Positions 44,442 through 55,205 of a stretch of 64,000 nucleotides of DNA are shown here, in pieces. Positions within the stretch are counted from its first letter, which is position 1; every line of letters begins with the position of its first letter. A program made the translations under genes and the position numbers. The notes under the pieces are model-generated. The model worked only from the letters and a program-made list of their open reading frames with translations, ran no database searches and was not told the origin of the DNA. This stretch comes from Chrysochromulina tobinii (Eukaryota), in contig JWZX01003350.1 of NCBI GenBank assembly GCA_001275005.1, positions 1 through 64,000 of the forward strand. Direction: 5' to 3'.

Positions 44442-45710
44442 TCATCCCATGCCACCGATGATGGGAGATTTGAGCACCTGATGCATGTAGCCACTCGAAT
44501 CGGTGGCTACGACGCGTCCCTCGCGGTGGATCGGCGCGCCGAGCGGCACCTGGCTCGACGGCTTGATCATCTCGGCGCGCTGGATCGACGCGTACATGTT
44601 GTCATCGTTGGCGCCCCACTTGAGGTAATCGCGCCGCTCGCGTTCGCGTCGGAAGCGCTCTGGGATGGTGCCGAAACCGTCGACGATCTCGGGCTCGGGC
44701 TCGCGCTGCGTGGTGAGCAGCTTCTGGCGCACGAAGCCCGTGGGTAGCTTGCGGTCCGTGGGCGACGCATTCGCCGTCGTCGTCGCCGCCGCCGCCGCCA
44801 TGCTGTGCACGGGAGGAGGCTGAGGCTGGTCCCGCATCGGAACCATCCATGACGAGTCAACGTCGAAAGCGTATGGTGCCTCGTCGTAGGGCACCGGCCC
44901 TTTCTGAGCGGCAAACTGGGTGAGCGGACGCAGCGTGGGCGCGATCGTCAGCCCCTCACCCCGCGCCCTCATCTGCGTGTAGGCCGAGAGGCAGTCGTTC
45001 TGGTAGTACTGGCTCGACGTCAGGAACGGCTGCTCGTAATGGTCGCGTGCGTGGAAGTAGCGCCGGGTTGAATCGTGCTCGACGCGGTCGCGCTGCTTCA
45101 TGGTGAGTGCGGGCTCGCGGAACTCGAGCTGCCCCTGCTTGGCCTCGATCGTCGCCTTCACCGCTCGTCCCCCGCTGTTGCCGATCGAGTAACCCGTCGC
45201 CGGCTTCTGACCCTTTTGCAGCATGATGGTTGCATTCTCTGAGATCTGGCCGTAGCCCGTCGCTGTGTACGGCGGTGCCTCAAAGCGCTGATATGCCTCC
45301 TCAGCGCGGGACAGCGGCGGCGAGACGAGCGCATGCGCGCCCAGCACGGCGTTCATCTTGAACGGGTAGAAGCGAGGCTCCTTGAGCTCGCCGCGCTTGA
45401 TGCACGACTTGAGCGGTACGGTGTCCTTCGGCGCGTACTTGTCGTACTGGAAGCCGACCTCCTCGAGCGTCGCCGTGTGTGGCCGGGGGAGCTTGCCTTC
45501 CGTTGAGCTCTCGAGCACCGCACCCTTCGGAGGGTCGTCGCGGTAGTAGGCGTGGAGGTAACCGGAGGATTGCGTTGGCGAGGCGGCAAACCCGTGCTCC
45601 AGGACCTTTGCTTGGCCGAAGGAGACGGAGGCAGTCGTCGCGTACGGGCTAAGTGCCCACGTCGATGCTCCCGAGTAAGCGAGATGCGCTCGCGGGGCGC
45701 TCTTGCCCAT
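44442..45710 (-). CDS. Hypothetical protein, possibly a ciliary microtubule-inner protein (PPP1R32/SAXO4-like)
   Basis: Long ORF with recurring (S/T)G(Y/F) motifs (SSGYLH, ATGYG, ATGYSIG, PTGFVRQ, SSGYMHQ). Family call is tentative. Confidence 0.6.
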   Translation of the reverse strand: MGKSAPRAHLAYSGASTWALSPYATTASVSFGQAKVLEHGFAASPTQSSGYLHAYYRDDPPKGAVLESSTEGKLPRPHTATLEEVGFQYDKYAPKDTVPLKSCIKRGELKEPRFYPFKMNAVLGAHALVSPPLSRAEEAYQRFEAPPYTATGYGQISENATIMLQKGQKPATGYSIGNSGGRAVKATIEAKQGQLEFREPALTMKQRDRVEHDSTRRYFHARDHYEQPFLTSSQYYQNDCLSAYTQMRARGEGLTIAPTLRPLTQFAAQKGPVPYDEAPYAFDVDSSWMVPMRDQPQPPPVHSMAAAAATTTANASPTDRKLPTGFVRQKLLTTQREPEPEIVDGFGTIPERFRRERERRDYLKWGANDDNMYASIQRAEMIKPSSQVPLGAPIHREGRVVATDSSGYMHQVLKSPIIGGMG

Positions 45711-45860
45711 GGAGACGCGCAAGGCCGCGCAAAGGCCGCAGAAGCGCTCGTTCAGAGCGAGCGAAAATGTAACGAACGCGGAACGGAAAGAAAAGAACGA
45801 GTCGAAAAGAACGCTGAAGTGTGAAAAGAAAAGCAACACTATCCGGATACCTAAAGCATC

Positions 45861-46772
45861 TCACGCCTCCCCGACGGGCTGCTCCACTGCCCCCACACCC
45901 ATGTCGCCCAGCCGTCGCTCCTCGGGGATGAGCTCAACCTCCATCGCCTCGTGCAGACCGAGATGGCACTTGGGCGCCGCGCCTTTGGACAGCTTGCCAC
46001 AGCACAGCCAGAGCCCGCCCTCGGGAAAGGCCTTCCAATCGACGGGAGGCGCCGCGGCCATCCACTTGCCCGAATGCTGGCGGCACTTGGAGTTGTGTGC
46101 CGCATGGAAGCGCACTGCGCAGTGCTTGCACTCGGCGGCATGCATGCACTCCGCTGGTGCAGGCGCCACCTTCTTACGCTCGGCGCGCTTACCAGCCGTG
46201 TCGTACCGGTCTGACCATGTGGCGCCCTTCGGATCGACCGTGCTAAACTGGCCCGACCGCTTGTTGTCGATCCAAACTCCACGCGTGACCGAGCCGTTGG
46301 CATCATAGTAGACGCCCTCGCCGTCCGCACGGCCGGCGATGAAGGAACCCGAGTGGACCGAACCGTTCGCGAGAATCAAGTCGCCCACGCCGTGCGGCCG
46401 ACCGCCCTCCACGTCGCCAACGTAGACGCACTCGCCAAGCTGCATGAACGACTGCTTGGGCGGACAGGCGGAGGCATCGCCACCGCTGCTGAAGCTGAGC
46501 TTGGCGGCCAGCTCCTGCACACGATAAAAGGCCTCCGCCGTCTCGGCATGGTCCTTGGCAATTTCGTCGTACGATTTGTAGCCCGCTTCCTTGCCATTTG
46601 CCAGAGATTGGTATGCTTCCTTGGCTGCCAGGAACCGCTTAGCAGCCTCGGAATCATCCGGATTCTTGTCCGGATGCCACTGCAGCGCCAGCACGCGATA
46701 GGCACGCTTGATTTCGGCCGCGTCGGCGTCCTTTGAGACTCCAAGGACAGCGTAGGGGTCTGGTGCTGGCAT
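45861..46772 (-). CDS. DnaJ-domain protein with MORN repeats and C-terminal Cys/His zinc finger
   Basis: [33 protein letters not shown] and related MORN units; [18 protein letters not shown]...H. Confidence 0.9.
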   Translation of the reverse strand: MPAPDPYAVLGVSKDADAAEIKRAYRVLALQWHPDKNPDDSEAAKRFLAAKEAYQSLANGKEAGYKSYDEIAKDHAETAEAFYRVQELAAKLSFSSGGDASACPPKQSFMQLGECVYVGDVEGGRPHGVGDLILANGSVHSGSFIAGRADGEGVYYDANGSVTRGVWIDNKRSGQFSTVDPKGATWSDRYDTAGKRAERKKVAPAPAECMHAAECKHCAVRFHAAHNSKCRQHSGKWMAAAPPVDWKAFPEGGLWLCCGKLSKGAAPKCHLGLHEAMEVELIPEERRLGDMGVGAVEQPVGEA

Positions 46773-47578
46773 GCGCGCGTGTCAAGGTGACCAAGGCGTT
46801 GGGCCTCACGAACCCCAAAACGACCGTTACCGTTAACGGTACGGTGAAAAGACACAGCGGGGGAGCCGGGACACAACGGTCTCGTTTCATTCTTGTGTGT
46901 GTGTCAATTTAGAACAGGACCACACAGTACAGCGGCGCTCATGCGGGCGCGTCCCCGGGGGGGCGCGCTTACATGACTATACTGGCAACAGGCCAGCGTG
47001 TGTGTCCCGACTCACCCGGTATTTTTGAACCGGAACGCAACCAAAGTGACGGCCGCGTAGACCATGATGCGGAGGACACCGCTGATTCCTTGCGCTCATT
47101 AGGCCCACACGGTTGTACATGTTGTACATGTTCAAGCGAATAGCGTCGTCGGGCGAAGGGCGGGGATATGGCCATGCGTAGGCCATGGCCCATGCGCGGG
47201 CATCGGCCCATGCAGCGTCGAATGCAGCGGGGCGGGCGGATCGGACGCCCCGCGCGCGCGGCGTCGCGGGTACCGATGCATCCGCTGTTCTGCTGTGTGG
47301 TTGCCGCGACGGTTTCGGACTTATTTCGGACGCGCTCGGCCCATGTGGACGTCGCATGGGAGCTCGGCCGCTCCGCGCTCACGGTTGTAAAATGTCAAAT
47401 TCCGTTCACAAGTATTACACAAATGTGCTCGGCTGTTGGTGTTGGCTCGCTGCGGCTATTGAGTGTCGGCGGTTGGCTTCAATTGCAGAGCCGCAGAGGC
47501 TGCCCGCTGCCCACACACTTAGTTTGTAGTCCCCTCTCGCCTAGTTCCGATGACCGTTGCTGATCGCCTATAGCACCC

Positions 47579-49513
47579 TCAGTGTTTCTTGCCCGACGAG
47601 GCCTTCTGATCCCGCATCGCCTTGCGCAAGCTATTCACAGCGGCCCCATCCTGCTTGAGATGCTTCTGGAACTCATCTAGTTCGATCCGGCCCGACCGGT
47701 CGCCGTCCCATAGGTCGAAGAGCGCATCGACGTCCACGGCGCGTGCATCGACCCCTGCCATCTTGACTCCTTTGTGGAAGTCCTCTCGCATAATGCCGGG
47801 GGGCGGCGGCACGTAGTCCTTCCCGAAGCGCTCGTAGCTCGTGTCAAACATGTCCTTGTCCCGTGCGGCCGCAATGCGCTCCTTGTCCTTCCTCGCCTTC
47901 TCCTGCCCATCAGCGAGCTTGCGGAAGAGGTCGATGAGGCGGTCGCCCTTGCGCGCGATGGCGTCGCGTACCGCAACGGCCATGAACTCGGTCGTGGCGA
48001 TCGTGCCACCGCCGTCAGCGTCGAACTCGTCAAAGACGAAAGTGCAAGCGGCTACAAAGGCGCTGTACGAGCCCGAGACTTCCTCGTACCCTTCAAACTC
48101 CTCGTCCTCTTTGATCAACGCCTCAAGCAGTGCCTTTTCCTCCGCCGGTGTCTCCGGCAGCCGACCGGCCATCAAGCGCGGGAAGACGGTGTGCGTCATC
48201 GCCTCGCGGAACTCGGACTCCGAGAGTGCGCCGCTCCCGTCCGCGTCCCAACTGGCGAAGCGCTCCCCCAGCACACGCAAATGCTCCGGCGCAGAGAGCT
48301 CGAGCCTCAGACGCTCCATCATCAGCTGTGCCGTCTTCGAGAGTGGGGGCCTCGGCTCGCGAGGCGCCGTCACGGGCGCCGACGCGGCGGGCTTGGCCGT
48401 TTCGGGCGCCGTCACGGGCGCCGACGCGATTCGCGCCTCGTCGTCGTCCTCCCTTGCCGCTCGCTCGACGCGACCAGGTTGCTCGCTACGCATTGGCCCA
48501 ATCGACGGCGCCGGTGGCGCCGGCGTGGGGAGCGTGCGCCCATTGAGCACGGGCCGCGGCGAGAGGGGCAAACTGAGCGGCGCCGGATCGAGGATCACGG
48601 CTCCGTTGGGCGAGAGCGGCTGTAGATCGGAGCCCCCGCGATTCCCGCCGAGATTCGCTGACCGAGATGCCGGTGACCTTTTGAGCGCCGTCTTTTTGAG
48701 CGTCTCTCCGAAGAGGACGCGCCCACTGCTCGGGGGGGGCGAGGCCGAGGCCGAGCCCGGCGAAGCGTACCTCGAGTCGCTTCGTTTTGGCGAGGCCAGA
48801 CGATCCTGCCACTGGCCATTGGGGCTAGGGGACCGTTTGGGCGAGGGGCAGCGCCACAGAGGGCGGCCCTGGCTGTCGTGGCCTGTGCGCCGGAAGCTCG
48901 AGACCGCCACGCAGTCGCCCTTGTAGAACATCTGCACCCAGGGGCGCACGCCGCATTTCGGAAGGTCGCCCAACGGCTCGATCGGCATCCCGTTGTCCAC
49001 GCAGAAGCTGACCACCCCCATGGCCATATTGACACGGCACGTGATGTTGTGCTTGACCAGTGGCTTGCCACCGCCCTCGTTGTCGATTTTCAGGTTCTGA
49101 ATCGGCTCACGGTTCCGCCAGTCTCGACCGCGCGGCTCAATCGCCATGTCGCCGTTGACGAGTTTGATGCCCACCGTCTCGCTCGAGTTGTCCGCTGAGG
49201 CCACGCCCACGCGCATGCACGTGCCAGTACCTGAAAGGCAAGTGAAGGTGAACTCGACCTCACCCTGCGTGATGGCCGGGCAATATGCATTATCCGCTTG
49301 GTCACGAGAGTTGCACTGCCGCTTGTGCCTGATCACGGAAGCAACACCGCCAGAGACGTATGGCAGCCTCGATTTCCACAGATGTTCGAATCCCTGTGTA
49401 GTCTTCTCGGGTGATACGTTTAGCACCTCCCACACTTCGGGATTGTCGGAGATCCACTGGGCGCTCGTGGTGCGGTCATGCTCGACGCGTTTACGCGCGC
49501 TGTCCCACAGCAT
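47579..49513 (-). CDS. SPRY-like domain + EF-hand calcium-binding protein
   Basis: MRVGVA..ITCRVNMAMGVVSFCVDN..VRPWVQM (SPRY-like); EF loops DADGSGALSESE, DADGGGTIATTE, DGDRSGRIELDE. Confidence 0.82.
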   Translation of the reverse strand: MLWDSARKRVEHDRTTSAQWISDNPEVWEVLNVSPEKTTQGFEHLWKSRLPYVSGGVASVIRHKRQCNSRDQADNAYCPAITQGEVEFTFTCLSGTGTCMRVGVASADNSSETVGIKLVNGDMAIEPRGRDWRNREPIQNLKIDNEGGGKPLVKHNITCRVNMAMGVVSFCVDNGMPIEPLGDLPKCGVRPWVQMFYKGDCVAVSSFRRTGHDSQGRPLWRCPSPKRSPSPNGQWQDRLASPKRSDSRYASPGSASASPPPSSGRVLFGETLKKTALKRSPASRSANLGGNRGGSDLQPLSPNGAVILDPAPLSLPLSPRPVLNGRTLPTPAPPAPSIGPMRSEQPGRVERAAREDDDEARIASAPVTAPETAKPAASAPVTAPREPRPPLSKTAQLMMERLRLELSAPEHLRVLGERFASWDADGSGALSESEFREAMTHTVFPRLMAGRLPETPAEEKALLEALIKEDEEFEGYEEVSGSYSAFVAACTFVFDEFDADGGGTIATTEFMAVAVRDAIARKGDRLIDLFRKLADGQEKARKDKERIAAARDKDMFDTSYERFGKDYVPPPPGIMREDFHKGVKMAGVDARAVDVDALFDLWDGDRSGRIELDEFQKHLKQDGAAVNSLRKAMRDQKASSGKKH

Positions 49514-49749
49514 CGGTGATCCGCCTCCGGCACAGCAGCCGTCCGAGTCTTTCTCTCGGGGCGGTCGCAGAAATTTGGCTTCGCGTTCCAAGTTCGAGGA
49601 CAGATTAGTCTGTCAATCAGCTAACACCGCTTGCGGGTAACACCGCAGGCCACGCTCACACCGGCGGGCACAAGCAAGCCACGCGACACGCGCGCGAACG
49701 CGCTGCAGCTGACCTCGCGTGCGAACACTCTCACGACGCCCAACTCTCT

Positions 49750-50075
49750 GCGCGTCATCGAGAAGGTTCATGCGATTACGAGTGAACACATCTACCTCGG
49801 AGACACCAACGTCAAGATGCAGCGACCCAACGGGCTACATCTTGAACCCGGCCTCATCGAGGGCGATGGTAAGATATTCTGGACCGTTGATAGCGGCGCG
49901 ACGGCGATACTCGCCGATCTGAGCTGGGCTAAACCCCTGTTCTGCGACGTCACTGTCCATCTTCCCTCGCGAGATTCGCAGGGGAAACTCGCCTACACAG
50001 GCAGTGATGGCTGCTACCTCGGGAGAGATTTCAAACGAAACGCCGACTATGTCTACCTGCCGCGTCGTTTTGAGC
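49750..50075 (+). mobile_element. Internally deleted Ty1/copia retrotransposon pol remnant
   Basis: Protease-like FWTVDSGATA runs directly into the post-integrase SH3-like segment DLSWAKPLFCDVTVHLP..GKLAYTGSDGCYLGRD...DYVYLP. No LTR seen. Confidence 0.65.
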
Positions 50076-50375
50076 AATTTCGTCCCCGCTTCCTTTGCCC
50101 CGGTCGAAATACATGTACCTAGTATCAGCAGAAAGGCAGCACAGAATCGCAGCATCGCAGGGCGCCGGAGGCGGAGCGTCGTGGCCTCTGCGCGCCGTTG
50201 AGTTGAACAGACTCTGCCGCACAGAATTCATTTTCTGTCCAACTCATGTCGATCACAAGGCGAGTGCCGTTTCAAGGCCTGCCTGACGCACGCTGCTTTT
50301 GCACCGCGCGACGCCTCTTTGAGATTTTCGGACCCACCATAAACAGAACTTTCAGAACAGACGCACAACGCAACT

Positions 50376-52241
50376 ATGCCGCCGAAGGCACTCGAGACGG
50401 CCAACACGACCGCGGCTGAAGTTTTAATGGATCAAGCTGATGGCTTGCAAACAATAGGCTTGCAATGCTCACGCTGCATGCAACGCGAGCCGTTTGTAGC
50501 ATTCACTCAGCAGCAGAGAGCACGGCCGCATGTTGAGCGCAAATGTGCGCACTGCATACGAGCTGAGCGACTGCTTCGTGGCGGCGACGACCCCGTGCTT
50601 CGTGGCGGCGATGATCCCGTTGCCTTCTCATCGCCACCCGCGTCATCCCACAGGACAGCACCCACCAGGCCGACGACGGCTCCTTCTCGTGAACAGAAGC
50701 CCGGGGTTGCCGGCGTCATCGGCCAGCTCAAGATGGTGCTCGCTAGGAAACTCACCCGGGTCGTCGACACGTTCCGCGAGTTTGACATGGACTGGGATGG
50801 AAGGATTGACAAGCGCGAGTTCCGGCTCGCGATGCGGAAGCTCGGCATTGTGGCCAAACAGTCCGATTACGACCTTACCTTTGACTCGTTCGACAATGAC
50901 CGCTCCGGCACCCTTGAGTATCGGGAGCTCAACGATCATCTCCGGCGCCTCGTCAGCGACCCATCGCACACGAGCGCCATGCACGTTGGAGGGGAACGCG
51001 CTGCAATCAGCAGAGCGGTATCGCCACGGACGCCGACGAGCTCGGCGTGGTCGAGCTCCACTGCCACGGCCGTGCTGCCGCCGTCCTCGCAAGCCAAGCG
51101 GGCATGGGAGCGAGACCCGACCAAGGGGCCTCCGTGGTCGTTCAACGTGGCGAACCCGTCAGACATGAAACCGCCGTGGGAGAAGATCGCCGAAGATGAT
51201 CGCCGCCATCGGCCGCCACCCATGAAATTGACGGATGCGCAGAAAGCCGAGTCTGCCGAGCGCATGTACCAAGCAGCTATCGCTGCCCGCAAGAGACAGG
51301 CCGCTCTCCGTGCACAGCTTATTGCGAGGGAGGATCACGATCACGGCCCACACCGAGTTCATCCGCCACGGCCCGTCAAGCGCGAGGCACAAGTCCAATG
51401 GACCACTCGCATGGTCGCAGTGGCGGAGACGAAACGCCGGCAGGTCGAACGAGCGGAGCAGCTGCTCGATGCGGCAGCCTTGGAGGCCACCAAATCTCGG
51501 GTGGCGGCCTTTACGGGCCGTGACCTAAACAAGCACGTTGCCATTTTGGGCGACTCGGTCATGCTCGTAACGAGCGACGGCGCATGGGAAGCGCGTGAGG
51601 TGCTCTGGCGCGGCGCGATGCACGAGGATCTCTCAGGCAAGATTGAAGCGGTCGAACCGTGGGTCGGCGGTCGCATCTCCGTTGCAGGGATCGAGCAAGA
51701 GTTTGTGTTCGAGAACCCCGACGTGGGCATTAGCAGCAAGCGCGCTTGTGAGCGCAATCACACCATCGCCGAGGACATTGAGAAAAGGAAGGAAGCCCTC
51801 GAGCGTCGATTCTACCCGTCGCCCCCACCCACGCCCAAGCTCAAGGGAGCGCGACTCGTCGAGTTCTTCGAGCGCAACCTGGCTGCACATGAGCGCGAAC
51901 CGGACGAGGAGGACGAGGCGGAAGTCCCAGCCCGACCGCTGAGCCCACGACAGCAATTGATGCTCAGAGAGCGACTGGCGGCGAGGCATCACGAGGAGTG
52001 GCGCCAGATTCATACCATCACCTCAGCGCTAGAATCCAGCCCGCGAACGGCTCCAGAGCATCGGCACGCGCCTATACGACCGATGGCCACGGCGACGAGA
52101 CCGAGTGACCACGACGCCGGGTTACAATACAAGCACAGCTTCAATTCGGGGCCTAATTTTGCCTCGTTGTTTGCAGAACTCCCGATGGACTCTCCTCTCA
52201 AGCCCGGGCTTCAGAGTAGAGCCCGTACTCGGCTAGCGTAG
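50376..52241 (+). CDS. EF-hand protein with N-terminal Stc1-like zinc finger
   Basis: CSRCMQREPFVAFTQQQ...RKCAHC; EF loops DMDWDGRIDKRE and DNDRSGTLEYRE. Confidence 0.82.
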   Translation: MPPKALETANTTAAEVLMDQADGLQTIGLQCSRCMQREPFVAFTQQQRARPHVERKCAHCIRAERLLRGGDDPVLRGGDDPVAFSSPPASSHRTAPTRPTTAPSREQKPGVAGVIGQLKMVLARKLTRVVDTFREFDMDWDGRIDKREFRLAMRKLGIVAKQSDYDLTFDSFDNDRSGTLEYRELNDHLRRLVSDPSHTSAMHVGGERAAISRAVSPRTPTSSAWSSSTATAVLPPSSQAKRAWERDPTKGPPWSFNVANPSDMKPPWEKIAEDDRRHRPPPMKLTDAQKAESAERMYQAAIAARKRQAALRAQLIAREDHDHGPHRVHPPRPVKREAQVQWTTRMVAVAETKRRQVERAEQLLDAAALEATKSRVAAFTGRDLNKHVAILGDSVMLVTSDGAWEAREVLWRGAMHEDLSGKIEAVEPWVGGRISVAGIEQEFVFENPDVGISSKRACERNHTIAEDIEKRKEALERRFYPSPPPTPKLKGARLVEFFERNLAAHEREPDEEDEAEVPARPLSPRQQLMLRERLAARHHEEWRQIHTITSALESSPRTAPEHRHAPIRPMATATRPSDHDAGLQYKHSFNSGPNFASLFAELPMDSPLKPGLQSRARTRLA

Positions 52242-52720
52242 CGCGTATACCGTAAGCGTTTAGACCGTTTGGCAATATACACTTTAACAAGAACTAATAG
52301 CGTTTGTTAACGAAAAATAAATTTTCAACGGATCGTTGATGGATCGACGCATCGCATGCGATGAGCAGTTGTCCCGCACCGAGCCCGACGCGAACCAAAT
52401 GCGGTAAGGAATGTTCGCAGTGCAACGTCCCTCTGTCGGCCGTGCGCTTCCGCGCCGGCGCGTCGACGGCTCGGTGATGCCTATGCGGTGATCTGTCCGT
52501 TGTCGACTTACCCTATAGCCGGCGACAGGCGGCGAAAGGTAAGGAAGGCAGCGCGGACGCGCAACGGCCACAGCAAGGCCAACAACTCGAGCCGCATGCG
52601 ATTCACTTGATCTCCGTCTGGGCCAGGATCCACACAGTGAGGTCGTGGAAAGAGTACATGATTGGATTTCATATTTAGTGGCAACCATTGAGTAAAAAGG
52701 CGCTGTCTTGTGCTACGTTT

Positions 52721-53263
52721 TCAAGTTGAAGTTCTACTCGGGTGCTTGTCAATTAGCTCTGTGATGTTGTCTGCCTCCTTGAGCGAGATCTCCGTAACGT
52801 CGTCGAGTCGACCGTCCTTGATGAGCCACGCCTGAGTGCGATCTGCGCTCCACACGGCTGCATCGCCTATCGGCACGTCGCCTGCAAACCGGCTCACCAT
52901 GAACTCGCCATCGCCAAACGTCTTGATGCCCTTGCCCTCCCGCACTCCCTGCTTCCACTCTCCGCTGTACTGATCGCCGCTAGAAGCTTCCTTGTACACG
53001 CCGTGCCCACTGTAGAGGCCGTGCTGCCACGTCCCTTTGTACACATCGCCGCTCGCGTACCACATGGTGCCTTCTCCGTGCATCACGCCCGAACAGAACT
53101 CACCTTCGAACCCGTCGCCGTTTTTATCCATCTTTCGGCCGAGGCCGTGGTACTCGTCCGCCTTAAACTCTCCCTCGTATAAGCTGCCGTTCGCAAGCGT
53201 CAATTTCCCCTGACCCTCGCGCTGGCCCGCCTCATTGTATTGGCCCTCGTAGGTGGCCTGCAT
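52721..53263 (-). CDS. MORN-repeat protein
   Basis: Five YEGEF/YKGTW/YSGEW...GxG units. Start taken at ATG 53263. Confidence 0.9.
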   Translation of the reverse strand: MQATYEGQYNEAGQREGQGKLTLANGSLYEGEFKADEYHGLGRKMDKNGDGFEGEFCSGVMHGEGTMWYASGDVYKGTWQHGLYSGHGVYKEASSGDQYSGEWKQGVREGKGIKTFGDGEFMVSRFAGDVPIGDAAVWSADRTQAWLIKDGRLDDVTEISLKEADNITELIDKHPSRTST

Positions 53264-53450
53264 GACTTGGATTCGTCTTGGCTGTGAATTATAACCATGG
53301 ACTGTGAACAGTGTGAAGTGTGAAGAGGCGCATAACAAGTATATTTAACAACATGACATCATCAACAAACCCACACGGTCGCCGACGCGCGGCAGCGCTC
53401 TGACGAAACAAGACCCACGACGCCGCGTTAACCGGCCGTGCACTCCGCTC

Positions 53451-55152
53451 TCACGCCTTGCTGATGGCTGGCGCGCACGTGCACAGCCGGCGCGTCTTCG
53501 CATACCCGGCCGCGCACTGCGAGATGGCAATGTCCGAGATCAGGCACTGCTGGTATGTGTCGAGGTCAGGGCTGGCGGCGTACGCGGGCAGCTCGGGCCC
53601 CACTTGGTGGCCGCATCCCCTCTCGCATCCAAAGTGGGCCGCCATGGCCGCGCACGAGTTGCCCCACTCGAGGGTCTTCATGTCACACCGCGCGCCCGCC
53701 TGACGGCACGCCACGTCACATGAGACGCCGGCTTCCGCAGCGACCGTCTGCATCCCCTTGGGCGGCCGAAGCTGCAAGCCCTCAGGCAGGTACGGACACT
53801 TGCGCCGATCCGCGAGGAGCAACGTAGCGCCATTGGGCGTGCGCAGCGTGATCGTGCCGTTATGTGTCGCGCGTTGGCTCTCCTCCCATATGCCGAGTGG
53901 CTTCGCGAGCTGCCTATACTCCTCGCGCGTGTACAACAGCAGCGAGGCGCGCTCTTTCGGCAGCCGCGCCATCCACGGCAAGGCTGCCTCCTTATCCGTC
54001 GCGCCGCCCCATGCGGTCGGCCACTCAAGCTGCTGCGCGCCCTCAACCGCCGCATGCACTACCTTTTCGTAGGGTGCCTGGAGCAGGTACGACAGGTCGC
54101 CGAAGGAGTCGACGCCCTGCTTCTCAAATGTGAACCGCTGCAAGACCATGCACAGTCGAGAGTCACATGTGAGAAATTGAAGGCACTGTTGAGGGGGTTC
54201 GATCAGAAAGCGAGCACCTCGAACGGTGTGTTGTCTACGACGTTGGTGCCGTGTGAGCTCGCGTGGCGTGAACGGTTGATTTCGGGCACCACGCACTCGC
54301 GCCCTCGCGTCGTGGTGCTGAGTCGCATCCAATGGTCCCAGCCGGATCGGGGGAGAACAGTCAGCATGCAAATGGGGAGGGCAATCAGCATGCATTCACG
54401 CGCACCTGAGTCGCATCCAATGGTCCCAGCCGGTGGTGGCTGCCTCAGGCCACTTGTCCCGCAGCTCGTGCCAGATGTCCGCCGAGATCATCCAGCCGAG
54501 CCCGGGGAAGTAATCGGTGCGTTGCAGCCGGGAGGCCGAGCGGGCTGTGTGAGGGAAGCCCTGATCGTTCCACGCTGAGACACACCAAAGTGAGCGATCC
54601 GCTCGCAGCAGCCATGCCGACGCCCAAAACAGTCGCAAAAAGTCGGGTGAAAGCAGCAGGTCATCTTCAATCATCACCGCGTGCGAGTGGCCGCGCTTTG
54701 TCAGCGTAGCCTCGAGCGCCAGCTTAAAGTGCTGCGAGATCTTATACATAGGGCGCGAGCTAAAGGTGCCCGGTGTTGGGTGCGTCGGCGGGTAGGAGAA
54801 GACTTCCTTCACGGCGCCCCCAAACTCTTTGGCCGCCTGCTGCACGTCCACCGAGCCCGCGTCCTCCGACACGTACAATGTGAAATGCTCGATCAGCGGC
54901 AGAGAAAGGAGGAGCTTGAGGCACCGCCGTGTCATGTCGGGCCGATTGTGCGACATGACCACGATGGCCGGTCGCGCCATGCACCCCACCGACGGGTCGG
55001 AGCTGCAGCTGGGCGCGACCTCAAAGGCGTACGGGGCGGGGCCCTGCATCCCCACTGTGCTGACACGAGATGTGCTCTCGGGCGTTGAGTGCTCGGCGGC
55101 GACGGGCCGCTCGACCGCTGCCGCTGCCGTTGCTGCTGTGCCTGCTACCGCT

Positions 55153-55205
<53 letters not shown>

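Noticed and set aside
21198..53263. A ciliary/Ca2+ gene cluster (PKD2-like, IQCB1-like, SAXO4-like, MORN, EF-hand genes)
   Set aside because: These families are abundant in flagellate genomes and are interspersed with unrelated genes; enrichment cannot be shown from one window.
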